A stretch of 64,000 bases of DNA from Clostridia bacterium (GTDB taxonomy: Bacteria; Bacillota; Clostridia; RGIG6154), in assembly GCA_045589295.1 (NCBI GenBank), contig JAZNOU010000013.1, positions 35,232 through 99,231 on the forward strand. The letters run 5' to 3'. Shown here in pieces: positions 41,131 through 52,109 of the stretch (position 1 is the stretch's first letter; every line of letters starts with the position of its first letter). The notes below the pieces were generated by a model, which was not told the DNA's origin, did not search any database, and saw nothing but the letters and a program-made list of their open reading frames with translations. The position numbers and the translations under genes are program-made.

Positions 41131-43302
41131 TTACTTATTTGTTCTTTTTACTTCATAAACACCTGCTACATTCATCAGTTTTTTAATAACAGTGTCAAGT
41201 TGATCACCATTTGAAACCTCAACCGACAGGTCCATAACACATAAACTATCTTTTACAACTCTTGCATTGATGCCACTTAATGAAACATGAATGTTTGAAA
41301 GTTCTGCAGAAACTTCAAGCAACAAGTTGTTTCTGTTGATTGCAGTAACCACGAGGTGGGCAGAAAACGAACTTGTATAATTTTCGTCCCACTTAACTTC
41401 AATAAGTCTGTTTTTCTCTTCTTCAGTTGCATTAATAACATTAACGCAGTCCGCTCTGTGAACCGAAACACCTCTTCCTCTTGTGATATACCCCAAAATA
41501 TCATCTCCCGGAACCGGGTTACAGCATTTAGAAAGCCTTACAAGACAGTTCTCAATCCCCTTTACTATGATGCCGTTTGAAGAATTTTTTGCAGATGAAT
41601 TGTTACTTATAGTTTTGGGCTTTGCAACTGATGACGAAATAGTCATCTTTTTAATTTCGTCCTGAAGTTTTTTGAACACCTTGATACCAATTGGACCTTC
41701 ATGACCAATTGCGGCATACATATCATCAACAGTCTTTATGCTAAACTTATTCATAGCAAACTCAGCAAATTTTTCTTTATATTCGTTGAGATTAGGAATT
41801 TCCGCCTTGCGTATTTCCTTATCAACCATCTCTTTACCTTTTACAATATTAGCATCTCTATTGTGTGCTTTAAACCATTGGTTAATCTTGTTTCTTGCTT
41901 GAGATGTTTTAACTATTTTAAGCCAATCCATACTTGGCCCACGTGATGTTGATGTTGTTAATACCTCAACAATATCACCTGTCTGAAGTACCTGGTCAAT
42001 GGTTGCAATCTTACCATTGATTTTCGCCCCAATCATTTTGTTTCCTACTTCACTGTGTATAGCATAAGCAAAATCTATAGAACATGATCCTGCAGGAAGG
42101 TTAATAACGTCACCATGAGGAGTAAACACAAAAACCTCATCTGAAAACAAGTCAATTTTTAATGTTTTCATAAACTCTTCGGTATCGCCTGAGGCTAAAT
42201 CGTTCTGAACATCAAGCATTTTTCTTATCCATTCCAGCTTTCCGTCAAGTTTATCATCAACAAAGTGACCTTCTTTATATTTCCAATGTGCCGCGATACC
42301 GTACTCGGCAGTTCTATGCATATCCCATGTTCTTATTTGTATTTCAAACGGACTTCCTTTTGGTCCTATAACTGTAGTATGGAGCGATTGATACATATTA
42401 GGCTTTGGCATTGCGATGTAATCTTTAAATCTGCCCGGAATAGGCTTATAAGACTCGTGGACAAGTCCTAAAACCGCATAACATTCTGCTATTGAGTTTA
42501 CTATTACTCTTATTGCAAACAAGTCATAGATTTCATCAATACTCTTGTTCTGAGCATACATTTTTCTGAAAATACTATAAAAATGCTTTGCTCTTCCCTT
42601 AACCTGAGCCTCAATATTAAGCTCTTTGATTTTTTCCGTAATAGAACTTATTACATCAGAAATATACTGATCACGTTCATTTTTCTTTTGATTTATACTC
42701 TCAACAATCTCATAATATGCAATTGGGTCTAAATATCTTAATGCCAAATCTTCAAGTTCCCACTTAATTCTTGAAATACCTAACCTATGTGCAAGAGGCG
42801 CAAAAACATCTAAAGTTTCTTTTGCTTTTTCTCTTTGTTTCTCATCAGACATGCTCTTTAAAGTTCTCATATTATGAAGCCTGTCAGCAAGTTTAATAAT
42901 GATAACTCTTACGTCACTTGCCATTGCAAGAAACATTTTTCTTAAATTTTCAATCTGCTGTTGTTCTTTACTTGTAAATGGAATTTTTTCAAGTTTTGTA
43001 ACGCCTTCAACAAGCATAGCAACATCTTCGCCAAATTTTTCTCTTATTTCACGTTGACTGTGCTCAGTATCTTCAATTACATCATGCAAAAGTCCTGCTG
43101 CAATAGACTGACAATCCATTTCAAGTTCTGCCAAAATATTTGCAACCTCATAAGGATGGCTGAAAAATAACTCCCCTGATTTTCTGAGCTGACTTGCATG
43201 TGCTTCTTTTGCATAGTCAAAAGCCCCTTTAAGCAATGCTTCATCAGGAGTTTGATTATACTGTTTAACTTTTTCAAGTAGTTTGTTATAATCCTGGCTC
43301 AA
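41131..43302 (-). CDS. relA: Bifunctional (p)ppGpp synthetase/hydrolase
   Basis: [28 protein letters not shown] and EIQIRT motifs; TGS and ACT domains. Confidence 0.97.
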   Translation of the reverse strand: MSQDYNKLLEKVKQYNQTPDEALLKGAFDYAKEAHASQLRKSGELFFSHPYEVANILAELEMDCQSIAAGLLHDVIEDTEHSQREIREKFGEDVAMLVEGVTKLEKIPFTSKEQQQIENLRKMFLAMASDVRVIIIKLADRLHNMRTLKSMSDEKQREKAKETLDVFAPLAHRLGISRIKWELEDLALRYLDPIAYYEIVESINQKKNERDQYISDVISSITEKIKELNIEAQVKGRAKHFYSIFRKMYAQNKSIDEIYDLFAIRVIVNSIAECYAVLGLVHESYKPIPGRFKDYIAMPKPNMYQSLHTTVIGPKGSPFEIQIRTWDMHRTAEYGIAAHWKYKEGHFVDDKLDGKLEWIRKMLDVQNDLASGDTEEFMKTLKIDLFSDEVFVFTPHGDVINLPAGSCSIDFAYAIHSEVGNKMIGAKINGKIATIDQVLQTGDIVEVLTTSTSRGPSMDWLKIVKTSQARNKINQWFKAHNRDANIVKGKEMVDKEIRKAEIPNLNEYKEKFAEFAMNKFSIKTVDDMYAAIGHEGPIGIKVFKKLQDEIKKMTISSSVAKPKTISNNSSAKNSSNGIIVKGIENCLVRLSKCCNPVPGDDILGYITRGRGVSVHRADCVNVINATEEEKNRLIEVKWDENYTSSFSAHLVVTAINRNNLLLEVSAELSNIHVSLSGINARVVKDSLCVMDLSVEVSNGDQLDTVIKKLMNVAGVYEVKRTNK

Positions 43303-43313
43303 AAAATCACCTC

Positions 43314-45002
43314 CTATTTGATGTCAACAATTTTAAGCTGAACACTTTCTACATTCCTGAATGTATTTATATCAAGATTACACATAATATTAATTGTGTC
43401 ACCAAACGATATATTGAAATCACCTAAGCCGAACGCTACTGCATCAACTGTGACGTTTCCTTTTTTCAAGGTAAGTCTTAAATGTTGTTTTAACGCTCCT
43501 ACCCTGCTTACTTTTAAAACCACTAAATCCTCAATGTAAAACAACGGCTGTCTGTTTCCTGTGCCAAATGGCTCTAAAATTGCAAGTTCTTTTGCCACGT
43601 CAATATTAAGATGTCTTTCTCTTAATTCTAAATCTGCAACATATTTAAGTGCAGTAAGTTCATCATCAAAATTTTGATTTGCATAGCCGTTTATTTTCTT
43701 TCTGAAAGCTTCAATACTGTCTTTTTCTATAACAATTCCTGCGGCAAGTTCATGTCCACCAAATGAAATCAATGTATCTCTTGAAAATTCCAAGGCATTA
43801 TATAGTGAAAAACCTTCAACGCTTCTTCCTGATCCTTTGTAGTTTCCGTCAGGACCTTCAGAAATCAAAATACAGGGCTTTCTGTATTTTTTTGAAAGTC
43901 TTGAGGATACAATCCCCACAACACCATGATGCCACTTTTCATTATCAAGCACCACAATTTTATCATTTTTATAATTATTAAGCAGCATTTCTTCGGCTTC
44001 TTCAAAAATTTCTGCCTCAATTTTCTGGCGAGTTATGTTGCTGTTATTAAGTTCTGATGCTATTTCAAAAGCCAAGCCTTCATCCTGTGCCATTAAAAGC
44101 TCAACTGCCTTTTCTGCACCGCCTATTCTTCCCGCCGCATTGATTCTCGGTGCTATTGCAAAGCCGATTTTGAAAGTATCAACGTCACTTTTATTAATAC
44201 CCGAAACCTCAAAAAGTGCATTAATACCTTTATTTGTTGTCTGCGAAAGTTTTTTAATTCCATGTTTACATATTATTCTGTTTTCACCTAAAACAGGAAC
44301 AATATCCGCTATCGATCCTATTGTTACAAGTTCAGAGAACTTATCTAAAATCTTTACATCGCTATACTTACTGCAAAGCAGAGCCTGTGCAACTTTAAAT
44401 GCAATTCCAACGCCAGCCAAATCCTTAAAAGGATACGTACAATCCTTTTGCTTTGTGTCAATAACCGCAACTGCTTTAGGAATGGTATCGCTACATTCGT
44501 GGTGGTCAGTTATAATTATATCTATTCCAAGTTTTTTTGCGAATTCACACTCGTCTATTGCCGTAATTCCGCAATCTACGGTTATAATGAGAGTTGTTCC
44601 TCCCGATGCAATCTGTCCTATTGCCTCTTTTGTTATGCCATACCCTTCCTTTTCACGACTGGGAATATAAAAAGACACATCACCACCAAGTTCTTGCAAA
44701 CAACTCAGCATTAATGTTGTAGCAGTAACACCATCCACATCATAGTCACCAAAAACTGTAATTTTTTCATTTGATACTATTGCCTTATTTATTCTTTCAA
44801 CTGCTTTGCGCATTCCCTTTAGTAAAAATGGATCTATAAGATTATTTTCATTTGTATTTAAAAATTCGCTTGCCTGACTCAAAGAAAATCCGCGGACGCA
44901 CAAAACAGCCGCTATCAAACGGCTTACCTTGTTTTTTGAAGCTATTTCTTCAATAGTTTCCCTATCAGGTACCGAGGAAACAATCCACTTTGCGTCAGAC
45001 AT
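43314..45002 (-). CDS. recJ: Single-stranded-DNA exonuclease RecJ
   Basis: GDYDVDG, TVDCG, TDHH, PRINAAGR, GSGRS and GGH motifs. Confidence 0.97.
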   Translation of the reverse strand: MSDAKWIVSSVPDRETIEEIASKNKVSRLIAAVLCVRGFSLSQASEFLNTNENNLIDPFLLKGMRKAVERINKAIVSNEKITVFGDYDVDGVTATTLMLSCLQELGGDVSFYIPSREKEGYGITKEAIGQIASGGTTLIITVDCGITAIDECEFAKKLGIDIIITDHHECSDTIPKAVAVIDTKQKDCTYPFKDLAGVGIAFKVAQALLCSKYSDVKILDKFSELVTIGSIADIVPVLGENRIICKHGIKKLSQTTNKGINALFEVSGINKSDVDTFKIGFAIAPRINAAGRIGGAEKAVELLMAQDEGLAFEIASELNNSNITRQKIEAEIFEEAEEMLLNNYKNDKIVVLDNEKWHHGVVGIVSSRLSKKYRKPCILISEGPDGNYKGSGRSVEGFSLYNALEFSRDTLISFGGHELAAGIVIEKDSIEAFRKKINGYANQNFDDELTALKYVADLELRERHLNIDVAKELAILEPFGTGNRQPLFYIEDLVVLKVSRVGALKQHLRLTLKKGNVTVDAVAFGLGDFNISFGDTINIMCNLDINTFRNVESVQLKIVDIK

Positions 45003-45012
45003 ATATTACTCC

Positions 45013-46542
45013 TTAGGAAAAAGGATTTATTTGCTTAACTTCACCGCAACAAACAATTTCTTTGTTTTGTGTAGCTTTTACCACTTTGAAAATAGTTTTT
45101 GCACTGCAACCTGAAGTTGCGCAAAATTCATTTACCCCATTTTCAGTTACACAAAACCTGTAAAACGTGCCAAGCCCTTTTGCTGCAAAAACGTATGCCT
45201 TCCCATACTTTTTAGACTTAACTTTATAGATATCCCCTTGAGCTAAAAACATTCTAGCATCATTTTGTGAAACTATTGTTATTGCGCCATTTTCAATGGT
45301 ATTTTCTGTTTCAATAAACAACAAATCATTTTGCTCATAATTTTTAAACTTTTCTCTGTTGTTTTCATACAAATCATACGGAACACCATTTTTGAAAACA
45401 AACTTTATGCTTTTTTCACCTGTAATATGTTCAATAAGGCTTTGTGCATCTTCAAATCCTTTGTTTTTGAAAGCACAAGCTATACAAAAATCATATATTT
45501 CACAAGCAATTTCAGATGAGCTCATAAACACATTTTCAGTTATTTCAAAATCTTCTTTTGGCAAAAAGCTAAATATTTCGGTATTTTTTTGCGTGTCGCT
45601 TAAATACCCGCAACTAAGCTTTAGTGCATCTGTTTTTAACTCAAAATTTTTATAATCACCACAAACTATTAAAAACACTCCGTCATAAGAACTAGCATCA
45701 ATTTTATCGTCTGTAACACACTTAAAATCAATTTTGTTAAGCCCGTTTTTTGTGCAGTGCATTTTAACAGTTTGAATTTTTCTATCACAATCCTCACCTA
45801 CACCAAGCACCAGCACGTTTTCGCTGAGATTTGGAGTAGAACTTTCCTCCACTTTTATACCCTGTTTTTCACAAAGGTCAGGTCTTACTTTCATAGTAAG
45901 TTCAACCGATTTTTCATGTTCCCACTTTAGAATATTCTGCGTATTGCCTGATAAAAGTACTTCTGGTACACTTTTGCCGTTAAATACTCTGGGTCTTGTG
46001 TACTGAGGTTGCTCCAAAAGTCCGTTATAATGAGATTCAAGTTCAAATGAACTGTTTTCTGCCAAAACTCCCGGCACAAGTCTTGCAACGGAATCACAAA
46101 CAACACAAGCGGCAATTTCTCCGCCGGTTAACACATAATCACCAATAGAAATTTCTTCATCACAGATTTCATCAATCACCCTTTGATCAATACCCTCATA
46201 GTGACCGCAAATAATAACTACGTGTTCTTTTAACGCCATTTGTTTTGCAATTTCTTGATTAAAAACCTTGCCCTTTGGTGACATATAGATAGTATAAGGC
46301 TTACTTTTGCTGTCTTTGGTTACATAATTGTATGTATCAAAAACAGGCTGGGGACGCATCACCATTCCAAGTCCCCCGCCAAACGGGTAATCATCCACAC
46401 GATTATGCTTATCATTAGCAAACCTACGAATGTTTGTGCAATTGATATCAATAATGCCTTTATTTACTGCTCTACCTAAAATGCTTTCACTTAAAAAGCC
46501 ATTAATCATTTCAGGAAAGAGAGTTAAAATATCAAATTTCAT
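45013..46542 (-). CDS. trmD: tRNA (guanine-N1)-methyltransferase with a long unrecognised C-terminal extension
   Basis: Residues ~1-225 carry DDYPFGGG.GMVM, CGHYEGID.R, SIGDYVLTGGE and YTRP; the frame continues to 509 aa. Confidence 0.95.
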   Translation of the reverse strand: MKFDILTLFPEMINGFLSESILGRAVNKGIIDINCTNIRRFANDKHNRVDDYPFGGGLGMVMRPQPVFDTYNYVTKDSKSKPYTIYMSPKGKVFNQEIAKQMALKEHVVIICGHYEGIDQRVIDEICDEEISIGDYVLTGGEIAACVVCDSVARLVPGVLAENSSFELESHYNGLLEQPQYTRPRVFNGKSVPEVLLSGNTQNILKWEHEKSVELTMKVRPDLCEKQGIKVEESSTPNLSENVLVLGVGEDCDRKIQTVKMHCTKNGLNKIDFKCVTDDKIDASSYDGVFLIVCGDYKNFELKTDALKLSCGYLSDTQKNTEIFSFLPKEDFEITENVFMSSSEIACEIYDFCIACAFKNKGFEDAQSLIEHITGEKSIKFVFKNGVPYDLYENNREKFKNYEQNDLLFIETENTIENGAITIVSQNDARMFLAQGDIYKVKSKKYGKAYVFAAKGLGTFYRFCVTENGVNEFCATSGCSAKTIFKVVKATQNKEIVCCGEVKQINPFS

Positions 46543-47033
46543 TCCAAAAGTCCCTCCGGAATTGAAACTTCAATTCTTTTGCCAGTGATATCAATGCTTA
46601 AAATATTCTCTTTTATGGCAGGAAGGTAAATACATTTCCTGCTCTCATCTTCAATTTCGTAAACATCGGCACTTCCAGTTGAAATAATATCTTTAAGTTT
46701 ACCGATTAAAACATCATTATTGTATACAAAACAACCAAGGAGGTCTGCCACAAAATAAGTATCTTGCGGCAGATCTCCCAGTTCTTCTTTTGTACAGTAT
46801 ATAGTTTTGTCTTTCAGTTTTTCTGCATCAGAAACAGTATCCACTCCTGAAAGCTTTAACAAAACGCTTGCTTTCTTATAGGATACCTTTTCAATATCAT
46901 ATTTCTTTTCCTCAACAAAAATGTGTGAAAAGCCTTCAAAAACTTCGGGGTAATCTGTCCACGGTATAACTTTTACAAAACCTTTAACACCATGAGTATT
47001 GCAGATTTTCCCTGCCTGTAACAACTTATTCAT
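46539..47033 (-). CDS. rimM: Ribosome maturation factor RimM
   Basis: GKI.NTHGVKG, DLLGC and TGSADVY motifs. Confidence 0.96.
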   Translation of the reverse strand: MNKLLQAGKICNTHGVKGFVKVIPWTDYPEVFEGFSHIFVEEKKYDIEKVSYKKASVLLKLSGVDTVSDAEKLKDKTIYCTKEELGDLPQDTYFVADLLGCFVYNNDVLIGKLKDIISTGSADVYEIEDESRKCIYLPAIKENILSIDITGKRIEVSIPEGLLE

Positions 47034-47035
47034 AA

Positions 47036-47269
47036 TCAAACAATGTCAACTGCAACTTTTTTGTTGCTGTCTGATGCAATAGAAGCAGCTTTAATAACTG
47101 TTCTTATAGCCTGTGCAATCTTTCCTCTTTTGCCAATCACTTTGCCCATATCATCCTTTGCAACAGAAAGACGCAAAACTGTTAAATTTTCTTTTTCAAC
47201 AGTTTCAACTTTTACTTCGTCAGGATTATCAACAAGTGATTTAGCAATTTCAATAAGTAATTCCTGCAT
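47036..47269 (-). CDS. khpA: KH-domain RNA-binding protein
   Basis: DMGKVIGKRGKIAQAIRT; lies between rpsP and rimM. Confidence 0.93.
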   Translation of the reverse strand: MQELLIEIAKSLVDNPDEVKVETVEKENLTVLRLSVAKDDMGKVIGKRGKIAQAIRTVIKAASIASDSNKKVAVDIV

Positions 47270-47304
47270 AGTTATTTCCTTTCTGATACACGTTTTAAGC
47301 TCAA

Positions 47305-47550
47305 TTATTTAATAACGTCAATTTTTTTGAGCATAGCCTTAACAGTATCAGTAGGCTGAGCACCGTTAGCAATCCATTTTGCAGCGCTTTCTTTGTTAAT
47401 GTTGATTTCAGCGGGTTCCTTTAAAGGATTGTATGTGCCGATTTCTTCGATAAATCTACCATCTCTTGGATATCTTGAATCTGCTACTACAACTCTGTAA
47501 AAAGGTGCTTTCTTTGAACCCATTCTTCTTAATCTGATTTTAACTGCCAT
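47305..47550 (-). CDS. rpsP: 30S ribosomal protein S16
   Basis: [26 protein letters not shown]. Confidence 0.99.
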   Translation of the reverse strand: MAVKIRLRRMGSKKAPFYRVVVADSRYPRDGRFIEEIGTYNPLKEPAEININKESAAKWIANGAQPTDTVKAMLKKIDVIK

Positions 47551-47583
47551 TTTTATTTCCTCCTAAAATTTTATATAATCCCT

Positions 47584-48915
47584 TTAAAAAGGGAGTTTTA
47601 ATCCTTTAAACTTTTTTAAAGCCTTAGGATTTGAAAACTGTTTCATCATTTTTTGCATCTGTTCAAACTGTTTTAACAGTGCATTAACCTGTGTAAGAGA
47701 AGTGCCACTTCCTGCGGCAATTCTTTTTCTTCTGCTGAAATTTATAATATCAGGTCGCTGTCTTTCTTTCATTGTCATTGATTTTATTATTGCCTCTGTT
47801 CTTGCAAGCTGTTTCTCGTCGACATTAACACCTTTTAATGCCTTTTGATTCATACCCGGCATCATTGAAAGAATTTGCTCCATCGAACCCATATTCTTCA
47901 TTTGCTGCATTTGTTCTAAAAAGTCGTTTAAATCAAATGTCTGCTGTCTAATTTTTTGTTCAAGCTCTCTCGCTTTTTTTTCGTCAAAGGCTTCCTGAGC
48001 TTTGTCAATCAAAGTAAGAACGTCACCCATTCCCAAAATTCTGGACGCCATTCTGTCAGGGTGGAAAAGCTCTAAATTATCAAGTTTTTCACCCATACCG
48101 CAAAATACAATCGGTTTCCCTACAACTGCTCTTATAGAAAGCGCTGCGCCGCCTCTTGTATCGCCGTCCAATTTTGTTAAAATAGCTCCGTCAATACCAA
48201 TTTGCTCATCAAAAGATTTTGCAACATTTACAGCATCCTGACCTGTCATTGAATCTAGTGTTAAAAATATCTGGGTAGGATTAACCGCTGATTTTATATC
48301 CATAAGCTCCTGCATAAGTTCCTCATCAATATGAAGACGACCTGCGGTATCAATAATAACCATATCATAACCGCTCTTTATAGCATAGCTTAAAGCTTGT
48401 TTTGAAATATCAACAGGTTTTTCGTTTTCAAGAGTAACCACGCCTGCACCAACCTGTTCACCTACCACCTGAAGTTGTTTGATTGCTGCGGGTCGGTAGA
48501 TATCACACGCAACCAACAGTGGCTTTTTGCCTTGCTTTATAAAGTATTTTGCTATTTTGGCACAAGTTGTTGTTTTACCCGCACCTTGAAGCCCCATAAG
48601 CATATATACAGTTGGTGGCTTTGGTGAAATAGCTGGCTTATAGGCATCTTTTCCCATAAGCTCGGTAAGCTGTTCATTAACAATTTTAATTACCTGTTGA
48701 GCAGGTGTAAGGCTTTCTAAAACTTCACTTCCGATTGCTTTTTCGGTTGCTTTTGCAATAAAATCCTTAACTACTTTAAAATTAACGTCTGCTTCTAAAA
48801 GTGCAAGCTTAACAAGACGCATCGCTTCTTTAACATCACTTTCGGATACCTTGCCCTTGCCTCTTAATTTTTTAAATACCTCACCAAGCTTTTCAGTTAA
48901 ACTGTCAAAAGCCAT
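47584..48915 (-). CDS. ffh: Signal recognition particle protein
   Basis: GLQGAGKTT, DTAGR, TKLDG and RMASRILGMGD motifs; M domain. Confidence 0.98.
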   Translation of the reverse strand: MAFDSLTEKLGEVFKKLRGKGKVSESDVKEAMRLVKLALLEADVNFKVVKDFIAKATEKAIGSEVLESLTPAQQVIKIVNEQLTELMGKDAYKPAISPKPPTVYMLMGLQGAGKTTTCAKIAKYFIKQGKKPLLVACDIYRPAAIKQLQVVGEQVGAGVVTLENEKPVDISKQALSYAIKSGYDMVIIDTAGRLHIDEELMQELMDIKSAVNPTQIFLTLDSMTGQDAVNVAKSFDEQIGIDGAILTKLDGDTRGGAALSIRAVVGKPIVFCGMGEKLDNLELFHPDRMASRILGMGDVLTLIDKAQEAFDEKKARELEQKIRQQTFDLNDFLEQMQQMKNMGSMEQILSMMPGMNQKALKGVNVDEKQLARTEAIIKSMTMKERQRPDIINFSRRKRIAAGSGTSLTQVNALLKQFEQMQKMMKQFSNPKALKKFKGLKLPF

Positions 48916-48926
48916 AGTATTCTCCT

Positions 48927-49265
48927 TTAAATAAGATTTTTTATTTTTTTTGTAATCTTTTTTATCTTATCAATATAGTCTGAACTTATATCAGACTCAT
49001 CTAAAAGCAAATTCACATCATCAATCAGTTTTGCGACAGACATATCCTTTTTGTATATCCCAAGCTTTTCTTCATGAAATAACAAAATTTTCTCAGATTT
49101 TTTCAAGCTGTCTCTTACGCCTTGCCTGGTTATTCCCATAATTTCAGAAATTTCACCTAATGACAAGTTCTGATTATAGTACATATCACAAATATCCGCC
49201 TGCTTGTCGGTTAAAACTCCACCGTAATAATCAAATAAAACCGACAACTTCATAATATCCTGCAT
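48927..49265 (-). CDS. ylxM: YlxM/UPF0122 HTH protein
   Basis: FDYYG..LTDKQ...YY..NLSLGEI....ITRQGV; directly upstream of ffh. Confidence 0.93.
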   Translation of the reverse strand: MQDIMKLSVLFDYYGGVLTDKQADICDMYYNQNLSLGEISEIMGITRQGVRDSLKKSEKILLFHEEKLGIYKKDMSVAKLIDDVNLLLDESDISSDYIDKIKKITKKIKNLI

Positions 49266-49287
49266 ATTTATTACCTCTTATTGCAGA

Positions 49288-49346
49288 AATAGCTGTAAAG
49301 CAATTAACTTTACAGCTATTATACACTACTATTTACCTTTTGTCAA
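49288..49346 (-). promoter_or_regulatory. ylxM-ffh promoter with a 13-bp perfect inverted repeat over the -10/+1 region
   Basis: TTGACA-17-TATAAT; AATAGCTGTAAAG-N7-CTTTACAGCTATT at 49288-49320. Confidence 0.8.
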
Positions 49347-49349
49347 CAC

Positions 49350-52100
49350 TTATTCGTTATTTTGTTTATTTTTTTCTTTAAGCTCATTTACTGCTTCTTT
49401 CATCTCGCTCATTGATTCGCCAAAATCTTTCCAGTTTGAATCCATTGCCGCCCCTTCAAGCTTTTCGTAAGAATCAATAATTTTTTGTATTGTTTCATCG
49501 GTAACAAAAGGTATTTCCTCAATCTCAGGTTCTTCCAAAGTCTGTGGTTTATCAGAAACTTCCATATTAATGGTTGTTTCAAAAAGCTTAGACAAAGCCT
49601 TTTGTATTGTTTCTTCCATCACAATTTTATTTCCGCAAGCTGCAATAACTCTTTTTACTGCCGGAATTGATGCCTGATTATCTGAGGTTAAGTAAACGGG
49701 TTCTACATAAAGAATTGTACCATTTACAGGTATTACCATAAGATTTCCTCTTATAACCTTAGAACCACCCGAATTCCACAATGTAAGCTCTTTTGAAATT
49801 TCTGGATCATTATCTATCAGGTTTTCAATTTGGAGTGGTCCATAGATGCTAATATTCTGCGGAAACTTATATGAAACAAACTTTCCATAGTTATCCCCTT
49901 TATTTCCTACTGCAATCCAGGAAACCATATTCTCCCTGTTATAAAGTGTATACGGAAGCATCAGCACAAGTTCAGGCTCGCTTTTATTATATTCATCAAG
50001 CTGAATTAAATTGTAATACGCACTGACAGGTCTTATTTCATCCAGATACTTTTCGTTTGCAACTGTATAAAGATCACTCTTGTTGTAAAACGTTTCAGGT
50101 TTTTGTGAATGATACTGAGCATAAATTTTAGCCTGGAGATTAAACAGACTCTCGGGATAAATTGTTTTGTTCATTATACTGTCCGGTATATCCCCAGCCT
50201 TAAACAGATGCGGATAAATACCTTTGTACGCCATAATTATCGGATCGGTTTTATCAATAATATAAATATCAACTGTTCCGTTATAGGCATCAACCACAGC
50301 CTTAGACGAATTTCTTACATAATTAAACCCATCAGTCATTTGAGAATATGGATATTTGTCGGTTTTTGTAAAACCGTCAATTACCCATTTTAAGCTTCCG
50401 TCTTCAGCAATAACAAGTTGAGGGTCTGTATCAAAAGTTAAAAATGGCGCAACCTTTTTTACCCTATCTAACACATTTGTATTAACAAGAAGTCTGCTCT
50501 CAGGGGTAATTTGATTTGCGATTACCATTTTAAAATCGCCTGTTTTTAACGCAAACAGGATTCTGTTGAAAACATTAAGTTTAATTCCCGCTTTTCCGTC
50601 ATAATCAAACTCATTGTCAATTTCACCATCTGAATAGTCAATTTCCCGTGTTTTTGTATTAACAATAACTTCTTCGTTATCTAGCTGTCCAAAATAAATT
50701 CTAGGTTGTGATATCTGAGGAATACCCTCAGAGTTAGACTGCCTGATGTCTTTTATATAGTAATACGGCTCGCCTTGCGGTGTAGTTTGATTAAATGACA
50801 TCATAACCACGCCGTAACCATGCGTATACCTAAACTTTTCGTTGATATAATTCTTTGCGGATTTGTCAAGATTTTCTTTTTGTATTTCTCTTGCACCAAG
50901 TGCTACTGCCTTTTCTTTTCCGTCAATCTTATAAACGCCTACATCAAGATCTTTAAAGGAATAGTAGTTTCTGAGTCCCTGAAGCTGATTTGTTGCAGTA
51001 AGCGCTGCTGAAAAATCGATAACTCTTATATTTTCAATTGTATCACTATTTGACACCACTACTTCTTTTGTTGCTGAAGTACTTACGGGATACTCAGTTT
51101 CTATAACATTATCAATACCATAAGCCTTTTTTGTATAGTCCATATTGTACTTGATGTATTTTGACTCAACTGCAATCTCATTTGGCGAAACGTAAAACAA
51201 ATCAACACCAAGTGCCACGAAATTAACTAAAACACCTAAAACTGCATAAGCCGCAACACATAAAACAGCATGTTTTAACTTGTTTTTCTTCAAAAATATT
51301 ACAGTAATTACTATTGCTATAGCCATCAAAACAGGTACTGCCCTGTGGTAATTAAGTATTATATTAACGTCTGTAAATCCACCGCCTGTAAGTCCTGCAA
51401 ATTCGCCCGTAAGTACATCCTGGGCATGCAAAAGCGTAGAAAACGCACCAATCAACATAATAAGCACCACATTGAATGCAATATGACCAACTATGCTTTT
51501 TTCTCTTGCCAGATCAACAAACGTTCTTTCGCCAAATTTAAGATATTTAAGGCAATACAAAGCAAAAATATAAACAGTTACAACTACAAGCATAAATGAA
51601 GTATTTGACAACACCGAAATTATAAGCGGCCTTGTAAACACATAGTATGATATGTCAGTGTAAAAAATAGGGTCATTTACATTAAAAGGAATACTATTTG
51701 AAGCAAGAAGAACTTCTTTATATATATCCCTGTCAGTTAACACTGCAAATGCAGTTGAGGCAATCAAAAGCAACAAAAACCCTCTGAGATTACCAAATGA
51801 AACCTGACTTCTTACACCCAATCTGGAAAGATTTCTTTTTAAAATGAGAGTATTAATCCCCGATATTAACAGAGCCAAAACTCCTACCGATGCAATAACA
51901 AGTATTTTTGTAACAATGTCTTTAAAGAAAGAATGAACAAAGTTTTCACCTATCTCTTTTATTTCGCGATATTCAACAAAAAGATTAAATCCTGTTAAAA
52001 AGCACACCAAAAACGCCGCAACAATAATAGCGGTAACTATAGTTTTAATCCTATTTCTTTTGCTTTGGATATCGTTAAAATTGTTGTACGTAACTCTCAC
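49350..52100 (-). CDS. UPF0182 family membrane protein
   Basis: DPIF.TDISYYVF.P, Q.Q.LR.YY.F.D.DV..Y, YTHGYG, PRIYFG, NYVRNS and GNLMVIP...LYVEPVY motifs. Confidence 0.92.
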   Translation of the reverse strand: MRVTYNNFNDIQSKRNRIKTIVTAIIVAAFLVCFLTGFNLFVEYREIKEIGENFVHSFFKDIVTKILVIASVGVLALLISGINTLILKRNLSRLGVRSQVSFGNLRGFLLLLIASTAFAVLTDRDIYKEVLLASNSIPFNVNDPIFYTDISYYVFTRPLIISVLSNTSFMLVVVTVYIFALYCLKYLKFGERTFVDLAREKSIVGHIAFNVVLIMLIGAFSTLLHAQDVLTGEFAGLTGGGFTDVNIILNYHRAVPVLMAIAIVITVIFLKKNKLKHAVLCVAAYAVLGVLVNFVALGVDLFYVSPNEIAVESKYIKYNMDYTKKAYGIDNVIETEYPVSTSATKEVVVSNSDTIENIRVIDFSAALTATNQLQGLRNYYSFKDLDVGVYKIDGKEKAVALGAREIQKENLDKSAKNYINEKFRYTHGYGVVMMSFNQTTPQGEPYYYIKDIRQSNSEGIPQISQPRIYFGQLDNEEVIVNTKTREIDYSDGEIDNEFDYDGKAGIKLNVFNRILFALKTGDFKMVIANQITPESRLLVNTNVLDRVKKVAPFLTFDTDPQLVIAEDGSLKWVIDGFTKTDKYPYSQMTDGFNYVRNSSKAVVDAYNGTVDIYIIDKTDPIIMAYKGIYPHLFKAGDIPDSIMNKTIYPESLFNLQAKIYAQYHSQKPETFYNKSDLYTVANEKYLDEIRPVSAYYNLIQLDEYNKSEPELVLMLPYTLYNRENMVSWIAVGNKGDNYGKFVSYKFPQNISIYGPLQIENLIDNDPEISKELTLWNSGGSKVIRGNLMVIPVNGTILYVEPVYLTSDNQASIPAVKRVIAACGNKIVMEETIQKALSKLFETTINMEVSDKPQTLEEPEIEEIPFVTDETIQKIIDSYEKLEGAAMDSNWKDFGESMSEMKEAVNELKEKNKQNNE

Positions 52101-52109
52101 TCCTTTTAT

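Noticed and set aside
44035-44670. Long antisense ORFs (211 aa here; also 54471-55028, 31038-31529, 32975-33427, 40381-40830, 6505-6948)
   Set aside because: They lie opposite conserved genes, show Ser/Phe/Ile-rich mirror composition and have no recognisable motifs; treated as shadow ORFs
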